DNA of 64,000 nt from the human T2T-CHM13v2.0 reference genome, Homo sapiens: assembly GCF_009914755.1 (NCBI RefSeq), contig NC_060927.1; one strand, given 5' to 3'. Position 1 is the stretch's first letter; every line of letters begins with the position of its first letter. This document shows positions 1-11,485 of the stretch, in pieces. The translations under genes and the position numbers were made by a program. A model generated the notes under the pieces. That model was not told the origin of the DNA. It worked only from the letters and a program-made list of their open reading frames with translations, and made no database searches.

Positions 1-1107
1 ATCTCCACAATTTGCCCCCAGTCTACACTTTTAACATTAGCTCTCATCATTCTCAATCGCACACCTTAGATTTCAGTCTCACCTTCCAGTAAATAGACCC
101 TTTTCCATGATGTTTTATACCTCTTCCAGACAAATTCCAACTCCTAGAATTTTCTTAATTCTATGAGCTGAATATAATATGGGGATTTTTTTCAGAAGTT
201 CTAAAGATCTTTACTTTCTTAAATACTTTTTAACAGGAAACTTTTTGACCATTATTGAATGTATGGCATTCCTTGATGAAATGTAGGTTTCTAGGCTGCC
301 AAGACCATAGCTTACTTAATTGTATATAACCTTCCATACCAACTCAGAGCTCAAAAATGTAACTAATAGTTTTATTAATGAGATTAAGAAAATGACAAAT
401 AGAAATGCTAAAAAACATATATTTTATCCAGTTCTTTTAAATATCTAGATCTTAAGTCAAGAGAAGAATTATAAAACCTTATGAGAAATTCCATTATCAC
501 AAGTACCTTTTATAAAAATAATACCTGTATAACAGATAAAAATAGAACCTAGAGTATGTAATATATTAATGAAGAGTTCCATGTTTTTGTATGTTCAAGA
601 TTCAATGACCAATATCAACATTGTTAAACATTCGATTTATATTTTTTATTGCTTTTTACTCCCACAAACTCAGAAACATGATGGTTTTAGGGAATCCTGC
701 ATTTTCATGAGTTTGCTGCTTACTTTCTGATTAATTTCTTAAAACAAATTACATATTCTGATTTTCCTTTTATCATTTTGGGAAATTTGACATGTGACTT
801 ACTCAGACTTTCTTCTTTGTATGTAAATAAGGTAGAAATTAAGGTGTATTACCTGACACTTTTATATTGCTTATGAATCATTTTCTATAATAAAACTTAA
901 TCAATTTTACTACTTAATTTTTATGTACCAGGGTGATGTCAAAACTCTTCAGAAAGTTTAACATTAGATCTTTTAAGTAGTTAATAATTTTGAAAGCACA
1001 AAATTTCCATCAGATGACATGGAAAGCACAGAAGTAGGGTATCAAGAGGCAAATATTGAAGTCTGCTGAATTTGACTGAAGATAGAAGAATAGAGACAGT
1101 TCTAGAT

Positions 1108-1317
1108 CAGTGCTTTCCAACAGAATTTTTTGGGGTAATGAAAATGTCCCACATCTGTATTGTCCAATAGAAGAACCATTTGCCACATATAGCTATTAAA
1201 CACTTTAAAGTATGGCTAATGTTAACGAGAAAATTAATTTTAAATTTTATTTACTGTGAACCAATTTAACTTTAAATAGCCACATGTGATAAGTGGCTCC
1301 CCCACTGGGCAGTGCAA
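1108..1317 (+). mobile_element. MER3 (hAT-Charlie MITE)
   Basis: Starts CAGTGCTTTCCAACAGAA, ends TAGCCACATGTGATAAGTGGCT..GGGCAGTGCA; ~210 bp, matches recalled MER3 layout. Confidence 0.75.
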
Positions 1318-1920
1318 GTATGGAGTACAGCATACACAGAAGAGGTACAGATGGAGAACTGGTATTGGGAGATGCTCAGCAGCCATGTGATAGCTAAGAC
1401 CACTGGGTATCTCAAGTTAATATTGCAGAATAAATGTTTAACCTGGGAATGGGAAGATGTCAAAAACAAGTTTCCCTTACTTTACAATTGTATCTGGACT
1501 TTCTCATCTTCGGAGGTGGTCTTAGTGTGGGGTAATAGACTGGAAGAGTTACCAAGGTTGTTATTTTATTTTATTTTATTTTATTTTCCCAAATACCTAT
1601 TCTAATTTTGGTAAATACTTGTTGAGGGAATATTTAAAGTTAGAACATTTAATTTTTTTTTCCAGTGATACCTAAAAGAATATACCACTGGAAAAAATGT
1701 AATTGATATAAGTAAGAGTGGAAAAATTCACAATCCATATATAAACCTTCTTTAGAAATGATAAGATATATAATTTAAATTAATGAAGAGCACAACCAAG
1801 ATAAAAAATGCTTTTATGTCTCTGCAAGTAGCTGTGCTGACGTTTGTGTACACTACTCTGGCAAACTGGATTAATGTTTTCAGATATATTCTCCATTCTG
1901 CTTTTGATTTTGTAGCTATT

Positions 1921-1962
1921 AGTTATTAGTATAAGTGTTATAAGTTATTAGTATAAGTGTTA
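1921..1962. repeat. 22-bp tandem duplication
   Basis: AGTTATTAGTATAAGTGTTA repeated with period 22. Confidence 0.85.
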
Positions 1963-2572
1963 ATAACTTGCATATAATTTTTTTCTAGTTGCCTAACTCA
2001 TTGTTGACAAGTAATTTCAGCATCAGAAATAAATGTTACTCTCACATATTCTGTGTCTCGGTTCTATTAAGAGAGAGAATCTTAGGACATGGTAAATGTC
2101 AATTATTCGTTACTCTACTATTCCCACTAGTTCAATGGTACGATAAGAATGCCACCAATTATCATTTCATTGATACCTATCATAATGAGAACCTGTTAAG
2201 TTAATGATGAGACAGGTGTTCATCATTTAAGGGACTCCCGAGAAGACTGCTCACTTCGCCATTAATAACATTTCTGAGACATTTTCTATTTATGGATACC
2301 ATAAAGACTGGGTTTCACTAGCAACTGGATCATTAAGGAGAAACTTTTTTTAAAGACCGGTTAAATTAATGCTAAAATTTTATAAAATAAATTTTAAAAG
2401 AAACCCAATTAGATTAGTCTTCTGCAATTATTTTAAAACTTAAAAATCATAATAAAAAGCACAAGAGTACAAGTGTACTTTAGGGTTAGGAGTGGATGTT
2501 GAAAATTTTTCAGCAATTACCAATTTAAATATAATTAAATTCTACTGAGTACCTTCTTGCTGCAGAGTGTGA

Positions 2573-2862
2573 TCTAGAAGTTCAAGATCATCAAGGTTGG
2601 TATCTTCTGAGGTCTCTTTCCTTGGGTAGTGCATGGCGGTCTTCTCCCGTGTCTTCACATGGTCTTTTCTCTGCGTGTGTCTACCTTCTAATTTCCCCTT
2701 CTCATAAAGACACTAGTCATATTGGTTAAGGCCCAATGTAACGACACTGTTTTAACTTAATTACCTCTTGACAACGCTTATCTTCAAATACAGTCACATT
2801 CGGAGATACTAGGAGTTAGGACCTCAATATGAGTTTTGGGTAACACGATTCAGCCCATAACA
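2573..2862 (-). mobile_element. MLT1 (MLT1A0/MLT1B-like) MaLR LTR, partial
   Basis: Ends ...ACACGATTCAGCCCATAACA (reverse complement TGTTATGGGCTGAAT, MLT1 LTR start); internal AAATACAGTCACATTC. Confidence 0.75.
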
Positions 2863-3589
2863 GTAAGTATGCCTTCAAGCTGCACCCTCTAATAAAGTTA
2901 GATAAGTGTTAAACTAGAAGTGTAAGTAGGTGTAAAAGTTTTTAAGATATTTTAAATAATATAAGATATAGACATAATTCACTCCTGAATAAATGCTAGA
3001 AGTACTATTCATAAACTGGAAATACTATTTCAGGCTGAAGTTTGGGGAAGGACATGCATGGCTTTAGGAAAGAGGTGAAAATTGATCTCAGTCTTACAAG
3101 ATTTGGTTAGAACAGTTAAGAAAATAATCCAGGAGAGTGAGATGTCATCAATAATCATGGAGATAGGAGAAAGCATAATTATAAGAAGAAGAGGAAGCAA
3201 GTTGGGATGAAGCGCAATAGGACATTATACTGGAAACTTATTTGTGTTCGAGCTGAAAATGTGGAGGCACTGAAAAGACACTCTGAGATTTATCAATTGA
3301 GAAAAAGAGAAGGTCCAAGAAAGGAACCTACTGGCATGCCTGAATTTTCAGTAGCTATCTGATTCCACAGTAACAACTGACCATTTTCATTTCGCTGTGC
3401 ATCATATAAACAAGAAACTTATTATGACAATAACTGAGAATCAATCTAAGCCAAATATAGTATGAATTTAAATGGCCAACCTCATGGGAATAAAACTATT
3501 CCTTCTCTCAGTGCCCTAAGCAAAGATTTTGGTCACTCATCAAAGGCCAAGACTGAGGTAAAACCTCAGCAAGTAGGGAACTACTAAAA

Positions 3590-3722
3590 GTTGCATTACA
3601 GTCTGGATGACAGAGTGAGACCCTATTTAAAAGAAGAAGAAGAGGAAGAAGAAGAAGGAGGAGGAGGAGGAGGGGAGGGAGGAGAAAAGAAAAGAAAAGG
3701 AGGAGAAAAGAAAAGAAAAGAA
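3590..3722 (+). repeat. Alu 3' remnant followed by a purine microsatellite (GAA)n(GAG)n(GAAAA)n
   Basis: CAGTCTGGATGACAGAGTGAGACCCT (Alu 3' end) followed directly by a pure-purine tract. Confidence 0.65.
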
Positions 3723-4532
3723 ACCACATTAAATGATTCCCATGGGTAGTGGAAACTAGTATAAGCAAGCATCTATTCACTTTCTAATAACTTCAACCCT
3801 GGAAACATCTGGCTCTACATTATAAAAGGACAAACGTCTTTCAAAATACATTTTTATATTTATATTTTTCTTTCAACTACAAAAGTAATTTCTAATTGAG
3901 TCAACAAAATAGTTCCTGGATAGTTTTGGAAATACACTATTGTAATACACTACTTTCACAGTTCCAATATAATTAGTTATACTTGAAATAGTGAGTTTCG
4001 TGTTTAGAATTAATATTGTATTTTATTCTTTTAACATTTGAAAAGATGGTATGGAATTTTAAACGCAGAATAACATTAAAACCAAATCAATATGTTGTTC
4101 ATGCATGGTGTACAAGGGAAATTTTTTAGTAATTCCTACCTTTTCAGATCATTAATCTCAATCATTATATTACACCTGCTTTGTACCCCCCTCAAAATTA
4201 CTAATACGGCAACGCTTATGACTCTGAAAATTGGATAGAACACGGATTCCAGAGTGACTCAACAGGCAAGTCTCAGGAGACAAATGCACCTCTAATTTAA
4301 CCGTATAGCTTCTTGATAATAAACTAATATCAAAGACGTAAAGATGAATACCTTTACAACTACAGCCTATTTTGAAGAAGCTTTATATTATTTTATCATT
4401 GCATTGGACTTCAAACATTGAATCACCATTTATGTGTTTGTTCTGCAAATAAAAACAAATAAACTACTTGACTTAAATTTAATTTTGCAATATTTTCACA
4501 TCTTTAGAGTCTTCCACCAAAATAAGTCCCTT

Positions 4533-5522
4533 TGGGACCTAATTAAAGAGCTTCTGCATAGCAAAAGAAACTATCAACAGAATAAACAGACAACCTATAG
4601 AATGAGAGAAAATATTTGCGAACTATGCATCTGACAAAGATCTAATATCCAAAATCCATAAGATACTTAAACAATTGAACAAGTAAAAACAAATAATCCC
4701 ATTAAAAAATGAATGAAAGACACAAGAAGAGACACTTCACCAAAGAAGATATATACAATTGGTCAAGAAACATAAAAAAATCCTCCACATCACTAATCAT
4801 CAGAGAAATGCAAATTGAAACCACAGTGAGATACCACCTCACATCAGTCAGAACGGCTATTATTAAAAAGTCAAAAATAACAGATACTGGCAAGGTTGCA
4901 GAGAAAAGGGAATGCTTATACACTGCTAGCAAGAATGTAAATTCGTTCATCCACTATGGAAAGCAGTTTGGAGATTTCACAAGGAACTTAGAACTACCAT
5001 TTAATCCAGCAACTCCATTACTGAGTATATACCCAAAAAAACAAATCATTCTACCAGAAAGACGCATGCACTTGCATGTTTAATGCAGCACCATTCACAG
5101 TAGCAAAGACATGGAATCAAGGTAGGTGCTCATCAAAGGCACGCTGGGTTGAAAATGTGGTATATATACATCATTGAATACTACAGAGCCATAAACAAGA
5201 ATGAAATCATGTCTTTTGCAGCAACATGGATCCAGCTGGAGGCCATTATCCTAAGCAAATTAAAACAGCAACAGAAAACCAAATACCACATGTTCTCACT
5301 TATACGTGGGAGCTGAACATTGGGTACTCAGGAATATAAAGATAGCGACAACAGAACCTGGGGACCTCTGGGGCCAGGGGTGAAGGGCTGAAAAACTACT
5401 GGGTACCATGTTCAGTACCATGGTGATGGGATAATACACACCCCAAACCTCAGCATCACATAGTATACCCAGATAACAAACCAGCACATGTACCCCCAAT
5501 CTAAAGTAAAAATTGGAAGAAA
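4533..5522 (+). mobile_element. L1 3' fragment (L1PA15/16-like): ORF2 C-terminus and 3'UTR
   Basis: ORF 4709-5083 resembles the ORF2p C-terminus ([17 protein letters not shown]); 3'UTR CCCCAAACCTCAGCATCAC...CACATGTACCCCC. Confidence 0.85.
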
Positions 5523-5738
5523 TATACATGTTCCTTTGATATCAGATAAAGTCAAACATCTCAACACACACAAAAAACTGCATTTCACAAAGAAGGTAGG
5601 CAATTCACAGTGGTAACTCCTTTTCTTTCTACTATGTATTAGTGGTAAATATTTGGGCAAATGTAGATTTTAATAATGTATTCATTAGCACATATGTAAT
5701 GTAATATTTCAAGAATTCCACCAAACACACAAAGTGTG

Positions 5739-6191
5739 TTTCATGCCTGTCCGTGTGAAGAGACCACCAAACAGGCTTTGTGTGAGCAACATGGCTGTTT
5801 ATTTCACCTGGGTGCAGGCGGGCTAAGTCCGAAAAGAGAGTCAGCGAAGGGAGATAAGGGTAAGGCCGTTTTATAGGATTTGGGTAGGTAAAGGAAAATT
5901 ACAGTCAAAGGGGGTTTGTTCTCTGGCGAGCAGGAGTGGGGGTCGCAAGGTGCTCAGTGGGGGTGCTTTTTGAGCCAGGATGAGCCAGGAAAAGGACTTT
6001 CACAAGGTAATGTCATCACTTAAGGCAAGGACCGGCCATTTACACTTCTTTTGTGGTGGAATGTCATCAGTTAAGGTGGGGCAGGGCATTTTCACTTCTT
6101 TTGTGATTCTTCAGTTAGTTCAGGCCATCTGGGCGTATACCTGCAAGTCACAGGAGATGCGATGGCTTGGCTTGGGCTCAGAGGCCTGACA
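5739..6191 (-). mobile_element. 3' LTR (LTR7, LTR7up/u-like)
   Basis: Reverse complement begins TGTCAGGCCTCTGAGCCCAAGC, ends CATGAAA; TATAAAA at 5869-5875(-); AATAAA at 5798-5803(-). Confidence 0.95.
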
Positions 6192-6204
6192 TTCCTGCCT
6201 TCTT
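6192..6204 (-). other. Polypurine tract of the provirus
   Basis: Reverse complement AAGAAGGCAGGAA immediately upstream of the 3' LTR. Confidence 0.8.
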
Positions 6205-6499
6205 ATATTAATAAGAAAAAATAAAACAAAATAGTGTTGAAGTCTTGGGGCAGCGAAAATTTTTGGGGGGTGGTATGGAGAGAGAATGGGCGATGTTTTT
6301 CAGGGCTGCTTCGAGCGGGAATAGGGGTGGCGTGGGAACCTAGAGTGGGAGAGATTAAGCTGAGAGGAGGTCTTGTGGTAAGGGGTGATATTGTGAGGAT
6401 GTTAGAAGAAACATTTGTCGTATAGAATGATTGGTGATGGCCTGGATACGGTTTTGGATGAACTGAGAAACTGAATGGAATAACAGACGGAGAAAAACA

Positions 6500-8600
6500 G
6501 GTATAAAAGTTCTAAGAATTGGGACGACTCAGGATATCTGATTAGAGAGTGCCTAAGGAGGTTCAGCATAGTCCTGCCAGCAAAGACTATTTATTTACTT
6601 CAAGGGTTAAGAGTGGCAGTTTGGGGATAGCACCAGGAGATATCAGCTGTGATGGCTTGGAGAAACAGTGTAAACTGGCAGTGTAAACAAGAGCAGGGCA
6701 TGTATGAGTAGTTGAGAACGGTGAATAGGAGTATGACTAGACAGAAGATAGTAGGGATGACAAGTTTTTTTGGGGGCACAGTCTAAGTTGGTCTGGTGTC
6801 TGGAATGAGACTCGGGCCTAATAAAAAGGAGCGTCTATACAGGAGCTTAAATGGGCTGTACCCTGTAGCATTCCGAGGACAGGCCTGAATTCTGAGAAGG
6901 GAAAGTGGTAAAAGTATTGTCCGTCCTTTTTAAGTTGGTGGCTGAGCTTGGTGAGGTGTGTTTTTAAAAGACCTTTAGTCCATTCTACTTTTCTTGAAGA
7001 CGGAGGACCGTAAGGGATATAAGGGTTTCACCGAATACTAAGAGCCTGAAAAACTGCTTGGCTGATTTGACTAATAAAGGCTGGTCTGTTATCAGACTGT
7101 ATAGAGGTGGGAAGGCTAAACTGAGGAATTATGTCTGACAGAAGGGAAGAAATGACTGCAGTGGCCTTCTCAGACCCTATAGGAAAGGCCTCTGCCTATC
7201 CAGTGAAAGTATCTACCTAGACTAAGAGGTATTTTAGTTATCTGACTCAGGGCATGTTGAGTAAAGCTAATTTGCCAGTCCTGGGTGGGGCAAATCCTCG
7301 AGCTTGATGTGTAGGGAAGGGAGGGGGCCTGAATAATCCCTGAGGAGTAGTAGAATAGCAGATGGAACACGGAGAAGTTATTTCCTTGAGGATAGATTTC
7401 CACGATGGAAAGGAAATGAGAGGTTCTAAGAGGCAGGCTAGGGGCTTGTACTATAGCATAGCCTGCCTTTGCTGGTGTGTGGCGATTAGGCCTGGTGGAA
7501 CTGCCATCAATAAATCAAGCGTGATCAGGGTGAGGAACAGGAAATAAGGAAATTTGGGGAAATGGGTGAATGTCAGGTAGATCAGAGAGATGCAGTCATG
7601 GGGGTCAGGTGTGGTATCAGGAATAATGTGGGAGGCCAGATTGAAGTCTGGACCAGGAACAACGGTAATTGTGGGAGACTCAACAAAGAGTGCGTATAGC
7701 TGAAGGAGCCGGGGAGCAGAAAGTATATGCATCAGCTATGAGGAAGAAAATAGATTTTGGAAGTTATGAGAACTGTAGAGAGTGAGTTGAGCATCGTTTG
7801 TGATTTTGAGGGCCTCTAAAAGTATTAAAGCAGCGGCAGCTGCTGCACGCAGACATGAGGGCTAGGCTAAAACAGTAAGGTCAAGTTGTTTGGACAGAAA
7901 GGCTACAGGGTGTGGTCTTGGCTCTTGTGTAAGAATTCTGACCGTGCTAACCATTGCTAGGAAGGAAAGGAGTTGTTGTTTTGTAGAAGGTGCTGGGGTT
8001 TGAGAGATCAGTCGGACACGATTGGCAGGGAAAGCACATGTGTTTTTATGAAAATTATGCCGAGATAGGTAACAGATGAGGAAGAAATTTGGGCTTGACT
8101 GAAGTAATGGGGGCTGTCTGTGAAGCTTTGCGGCAGTACAGCCTAGGTAATTTGCTGAGCTTGATGGGTGTCAGGGTCAGTCCAAGTGAAAGCCAAGAGA
8201 GGCTGGGATTAAGGGTGCAAAGGAATAGTAAAGAAAGCATGTTTGAGAATAATGGGTAGTAGAGGCAGGTATCGAGGATAGGAGAGTATATGGGTTTGGC
8301 ACCACGGGGTGGATGGGCGAAACAATTTGGTTGATAAGGCGCAGATCTTGAACTAACTTGTAAGGCTTGTCTGGTTTTAGGACAGGTAAAATGGGGGAAT
8401 TGTAAGGACAGTCTATAGGCTTTAAAAGGCCATGCTGTAGCAGGCGAGTGATAACAGGCTTTAATCTTTTTAAAGCGTGCTGCGGGATGGGATATTGGCG
8501 TTGAGCGGGGTAAGGGTGATTAGGTTTTAATGAGATGGTAAGAGGTGCGTGATCGGTCGCCAAGGAGGGAGTAGAGGTGTCTTATACTTGTGGGTTAAGG
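6500..8600 (-). pseudogene. pol: HERV-H pol remnants (RT N-terminus, RNase H, presumed integrase), frameshifted and deleted
   Basis: ORF 8177-8563: PYNSPILPVLKPDKPYKLVQDLRLINQ..VPNPYTLLS (RT motifs); ORF 7451-7732 resembles tether/RNase H; no continuous frame. Confidence 0.85.
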
Positions 8601-8699
8601 TGGGGGGATACAAAAGGAGGATGCAAAGGAGGCTTTGGATTGGGAAGAAGGGCAGCAATGAGATGCAGCTATAGTCCAGGAATAGTCAGGGAAGCAGAT

Positions 8700-8965
8700 A
8701 ATTTGGTTAAAATATCTCAGCCTAATAAGGGAACTGGGCAGGTGGGGATAACTAAAAAAGAGTGCATAAAAGAATATTGTCTAAGTTGGCACCAGAGTTG
8801 GGGAGTTTTAAGAGGTTTAGAAGCCTGGCTGTCAATATGCACAACAGTTATGGAGGCAAGGGAAACAGGCCCTTGAAAAGAAGGTAATGTGGAGTGGGTA
8901 GCCTCTGTATTGATTAAGAAGGGGACGGACTTACCTTCCGCTGTGAGAGTTACCTAAAGCTCGGC
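8700..8965 (-). pseudogene. pro: HERV-H protease remnant
   Basis: Reverse complement translates VTLTAEGKSVPFLINTEATHSTLPSFQG; catalytic DTGA reads NTEA at 8900-8911. Confidence 0.75.
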
Positions 8966-9007
8966 ATCCGTGATGGTCTACGGGGCTTCCGAGGCGATCA
9001 GGCAGCA

Positions 9008-10200
9008 TCAGTCTTCAGCCGCTAAGCCAAGAAGGAGTCAGTCAGAGAGCCTTGGGCCAGAGTTCCAGGGGCTCTGGGAGTGGCTGCCAGGTGAGTTGAA
9101 CAGTCCGATTTCCAGTGGAGTCCTACACAGATGGGACACGGCTTAGGAGGAATCCTGGGCTGAAGGCATTCCTTGGCCTGGTGGTCAGATTTCTGGCACT
9201 TGCAGCAAGCTCCTGGGGGAGGAGGTTCTGGAGGAACGCCTGGCCGCTGCGGTTCAGGCGTTTGGAAGTTCTTGTGTGCTGGAGATGTGGCTGGGGTTTG
9301 TCTCACAGTGGAGGCAAGGAATTGCAACTTTTTTTTTATTATTGTACACCTTGAAGATGAGGTTAATTAAGTCCTGTTGTGGGGTTTGAGGGCCAGATTC
9401 TAATTTTTGGAGTTTTATTTAATGTCGGGAGCAGATTTGGTAATAAAATGTATATTGAGAATAAGATGGCCTTTTGACCTTTTAGGGTCTAGGGCTGTAA
9501 AGCATCTCAGGGTTGCTGCCGAAGGAGCCATGAACTGGGCTGGGTTTTTATATTTGATAAAAAAGAGCCTAAATGCTTCTGATTTGGGATAAAGAAAAAG
9601 GAGCATTAACCTTGACTATGCCTGTGGCTCCAGCCACCTTTTTAAGAGTAAATTGCTGGGCAGGAGCGGGAGGGCTAGTCACAGAATGAAACTGTAAGCT
9701 GGACCAGGTGTGAGGAGGGGAGGTGATAAAAAGATTATAGGGTGGAGGAGCAGAGGCTGAGGAAGAATTGGGACCTAGCTTGGCCTGGCGAGGAGGGGAG
9801 AGGTCAGATGGGTCTGTAGGAAAGGAAGATTAGAAAGACTCAGCGATGCTTGGGGTTGGGACTGAGGGGACAGGCAGGAGGGAAAGAAGGAAGATTTGGG
9901 ACGAGTTCCACTGGGCACAGAGACTAGGAAGGGACTGATGTGTAAAAGAATGCCTGGACGTCAGGCACCTCAGACCATTTGCCCCTTTTACGACAAGAAT
10001 TATTTAGATCTTGTAGGAAGGAAAAATTGAAAGTGCCATCTTCCGGCTATTCAGAACTACTGTCGAGTTTGTATTGGGGTCAAGCGGCATTACAGAAGAA
10101 AATAAGATGCTTAGATTTTAGGTCAGGTGAGAGTTGAAGAGGTTTTAAGTTCTTAAGAATATAGGCTAAGGGAGAAGAAGGAGGAATGGAAGGTGGAAGC
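9008..10200 (-). pseudogene. gag: HERV-H gag remnant with two NC zinc knuckles
   Basis: ORF 9022-9327: CCKCQKSDHQAKEC and CPICVGLHWKSDC; ORF 9415-9606 capsid-like; probable gag stop GAC-TGA at 9008-9010. Confidence 0.85.
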
Positions 10201-10375
10201 TTGCCCATAGTGAAGGAGGCAAGCCCAGAGAAAAGAGTAGAGACACAGAGAAGGGGTAGGGGTTTCTTGCCCTCCAGAAAATCAGAGAAAGGGTTGGGGC
10301 ATGGAAATAAGGAATTGGGGCACAGAGATAAGAGGTTGGGGTGCAGAAATAAGGGATTGGGGGTTCATGCCCCCT

Positions 10376-10600
10376 AGAAAAGCGGAACTTGCTGCTAAGG
10401 GTGAAGGAGAAGGGGTTGAGGGGTACTTGCCCCTCCCCCAGAAAAGCAGGACTTGCCGCTAAGGGTGAAGGAGAAGGGGTTGAGGGGTACTTCCCCTCCT
10501 CCAGAAAAGCAGAGAAGGGGTAGAGACAAGGAGAGAAGGGGTTGGGGTACTTGCCCCTTCCCCAGAAAAGCGGGACTTGCTGCTAAAGGTGAAGGACCAA
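10376..10600 (-). repeat. HERV-H leader tandem repeats (~61-64-bp unit)
   Basis: AGAAAAGC anchors at 10376, 10440, 10503 and 10564 with shared AAGGAGAAGGGGTTG..GGTACTT cores. Confidence 0.85.
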
Positions 10601-11168
10601 GGCAGGCATCCCTGCGTGGTCTGACACCTTTGAAACGTGAGTGAATAATCAGAGAGGTGTCCCTGCAATGATTAAACACCAAGGGAAGGCTGCCTTCCCA
10701 TTCCATAACCGGTGCTGGAGTTTTGGGTCCACGGATAAAACTTGTCTCCTTTGTCTCTACCAGAAAATGAAAGGAATTGAAATTAAGAGACGGGAGAGAT
10801 TGAAGTGTGGCACCAAGATTGAAAGGAGAAAGAGGTTGAGGGATAGTGAGGGAAGCCGGAGAAGAGAATGAAAAGAGGCCGCTTACTGGATTTGAAATTG
10901 GTGAGATGTTTCTTGGGCTGGTCGGTCTGAGGACCTGAGGTCGTAGGTGGATCTTTCTCACGGAGCAAAGAGCAGGAGGACAGGGGATTGATCTCCGAAG
11001 GGAGGTCCCCCAATCTGAGTCACGGCACCAAATTTCATGCACGTCCATGTGAAGAGACCACCAAACAGGCTTTGTGTGAGCAACATGGCTGTTTATTTCA
11101 CCTGGGTGCAGGCAGGCTGAGTCTGAAAAGAGAGTCAGCGAAGGGAGATAAGGGTAGGGCCGTTTCAT
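10395..11168 (-). CDS. 257-aa ESRG/HESRG-like ORF spanning the 5' LTR and leader; translation unproven
   Basis: LTLFSDSACLHPGEINSHVAHTKPVWWSLH...GASTPQPLLLHP closely matches the recalled ESRG protein; stop TAG at 10395-10397. Confidence 0.45.
   Translation of the reverse strand: MKRPYPYLPSLTLFSDSACLHPGEINSHVAHTKPVWWSLHMDVHEIWCRDSDWGTSLRRSIPCPPALCSVRKIHLRPQVLRPTSPRNISPISNPVSGLFSFSSPASLTIPQPLSPFNLGATLQSLPSLNFNSFHFLVETKETSFIRGPKTPAPVMEWEGSLPLVFNHCRDTSLIIHSRFKGVRPRRDACLGPSPLAASPAFLGKGQVPQPLLSLSLPLLCFSGGGEVPLNPFSFTLSGKSCFSGGGASTPQPLLLHP
11013..11030 (-). other. Primer-binding site for tRNA-His
   Basis: Reverse complement TGGTGCCGTGACTCAGAT, one mismatch to TGGTGCCGTGACTCGGAT, 2 nt from the 5' LTR end. 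Confidence 0.92.
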
Positions 11169-11485
11169 AGGATTTCGGTAGGTAAAGGAAAATTACAGTC
11201 AGAAGGGGTTTGTTCTCTGGCGAGCAGGAGTGGGGGTCGCAGGGTGCTCAGTGGGGGTGCTTTTTGAGCCAGGATGAGCCAGGAAAAGGACTTTCACAAG
11301 GTAATGTCATCACTTAAGGCAAGGACCGGCTATTTACACTTCTTTTGTGGTGGAATGTCATCAGTTAAGGTGGGGCAGGGTATTTTCACTTCTTTTGTGA
11401 TTCTTCAGTTACTTCAGGCCATCTGGGCATATACGTGCAAATCACAGGAGATGCGATGGCTTGGCTTGGGCTCAGAGGCCTGACA
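11033..11485 (-). promoter_or_regulatory. 5' LTR (LTR7, LTR7up/u-like), HERV-H promoter/enhancer
   Basis: Colinear with the 3' LTR (~18 substitutions, no indels, by eye); ACAAAAGA motifs at 11341-11348 and 11391-11398; TATA altered to TATGAAA at 11163-11169. Confidence 0.93.

Larger units (their letters stand above)
5739..11485 (-). mobile_element. HERV-H provirus, common ~5.8-kb internally deleted form (LTR7-HERVH-int-LTR7)
   Basis: Two 453-bp direct LTRs; TSD GTGTG at 5734-5738 and 11486-11490; tRNA-His PBS; PPT; gag zinc knuckles; protease, RT and RNase H remnants. Confidence 0.97.

Noticed and set aside
3508-3780. Leu/Phe-rich 90-aa ORF resembling a membrane or signal peptide
   Set aside because: Translation of the purine microsatellite and Alu remnant
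5980-6189. Near-identical 69-aa ORFs at 5980-6189 and 11274-11483
   Set aside because: Antisense frames of the duplicated LTRs; the identity reflects LTR duplication only
10376-10600. Regularly spaced repeats resembling a CRISPR array
   Set aside because: Contiguous HERV-H leader repeats without unique spacers; eukaryotic context, no cas genes
10395-11168. Calling this locus ESRG itself
   Set aside because: It has CTG rather than ATG at the recalled ESRG start and differs by substitutions and insertions; treated as a paralogue
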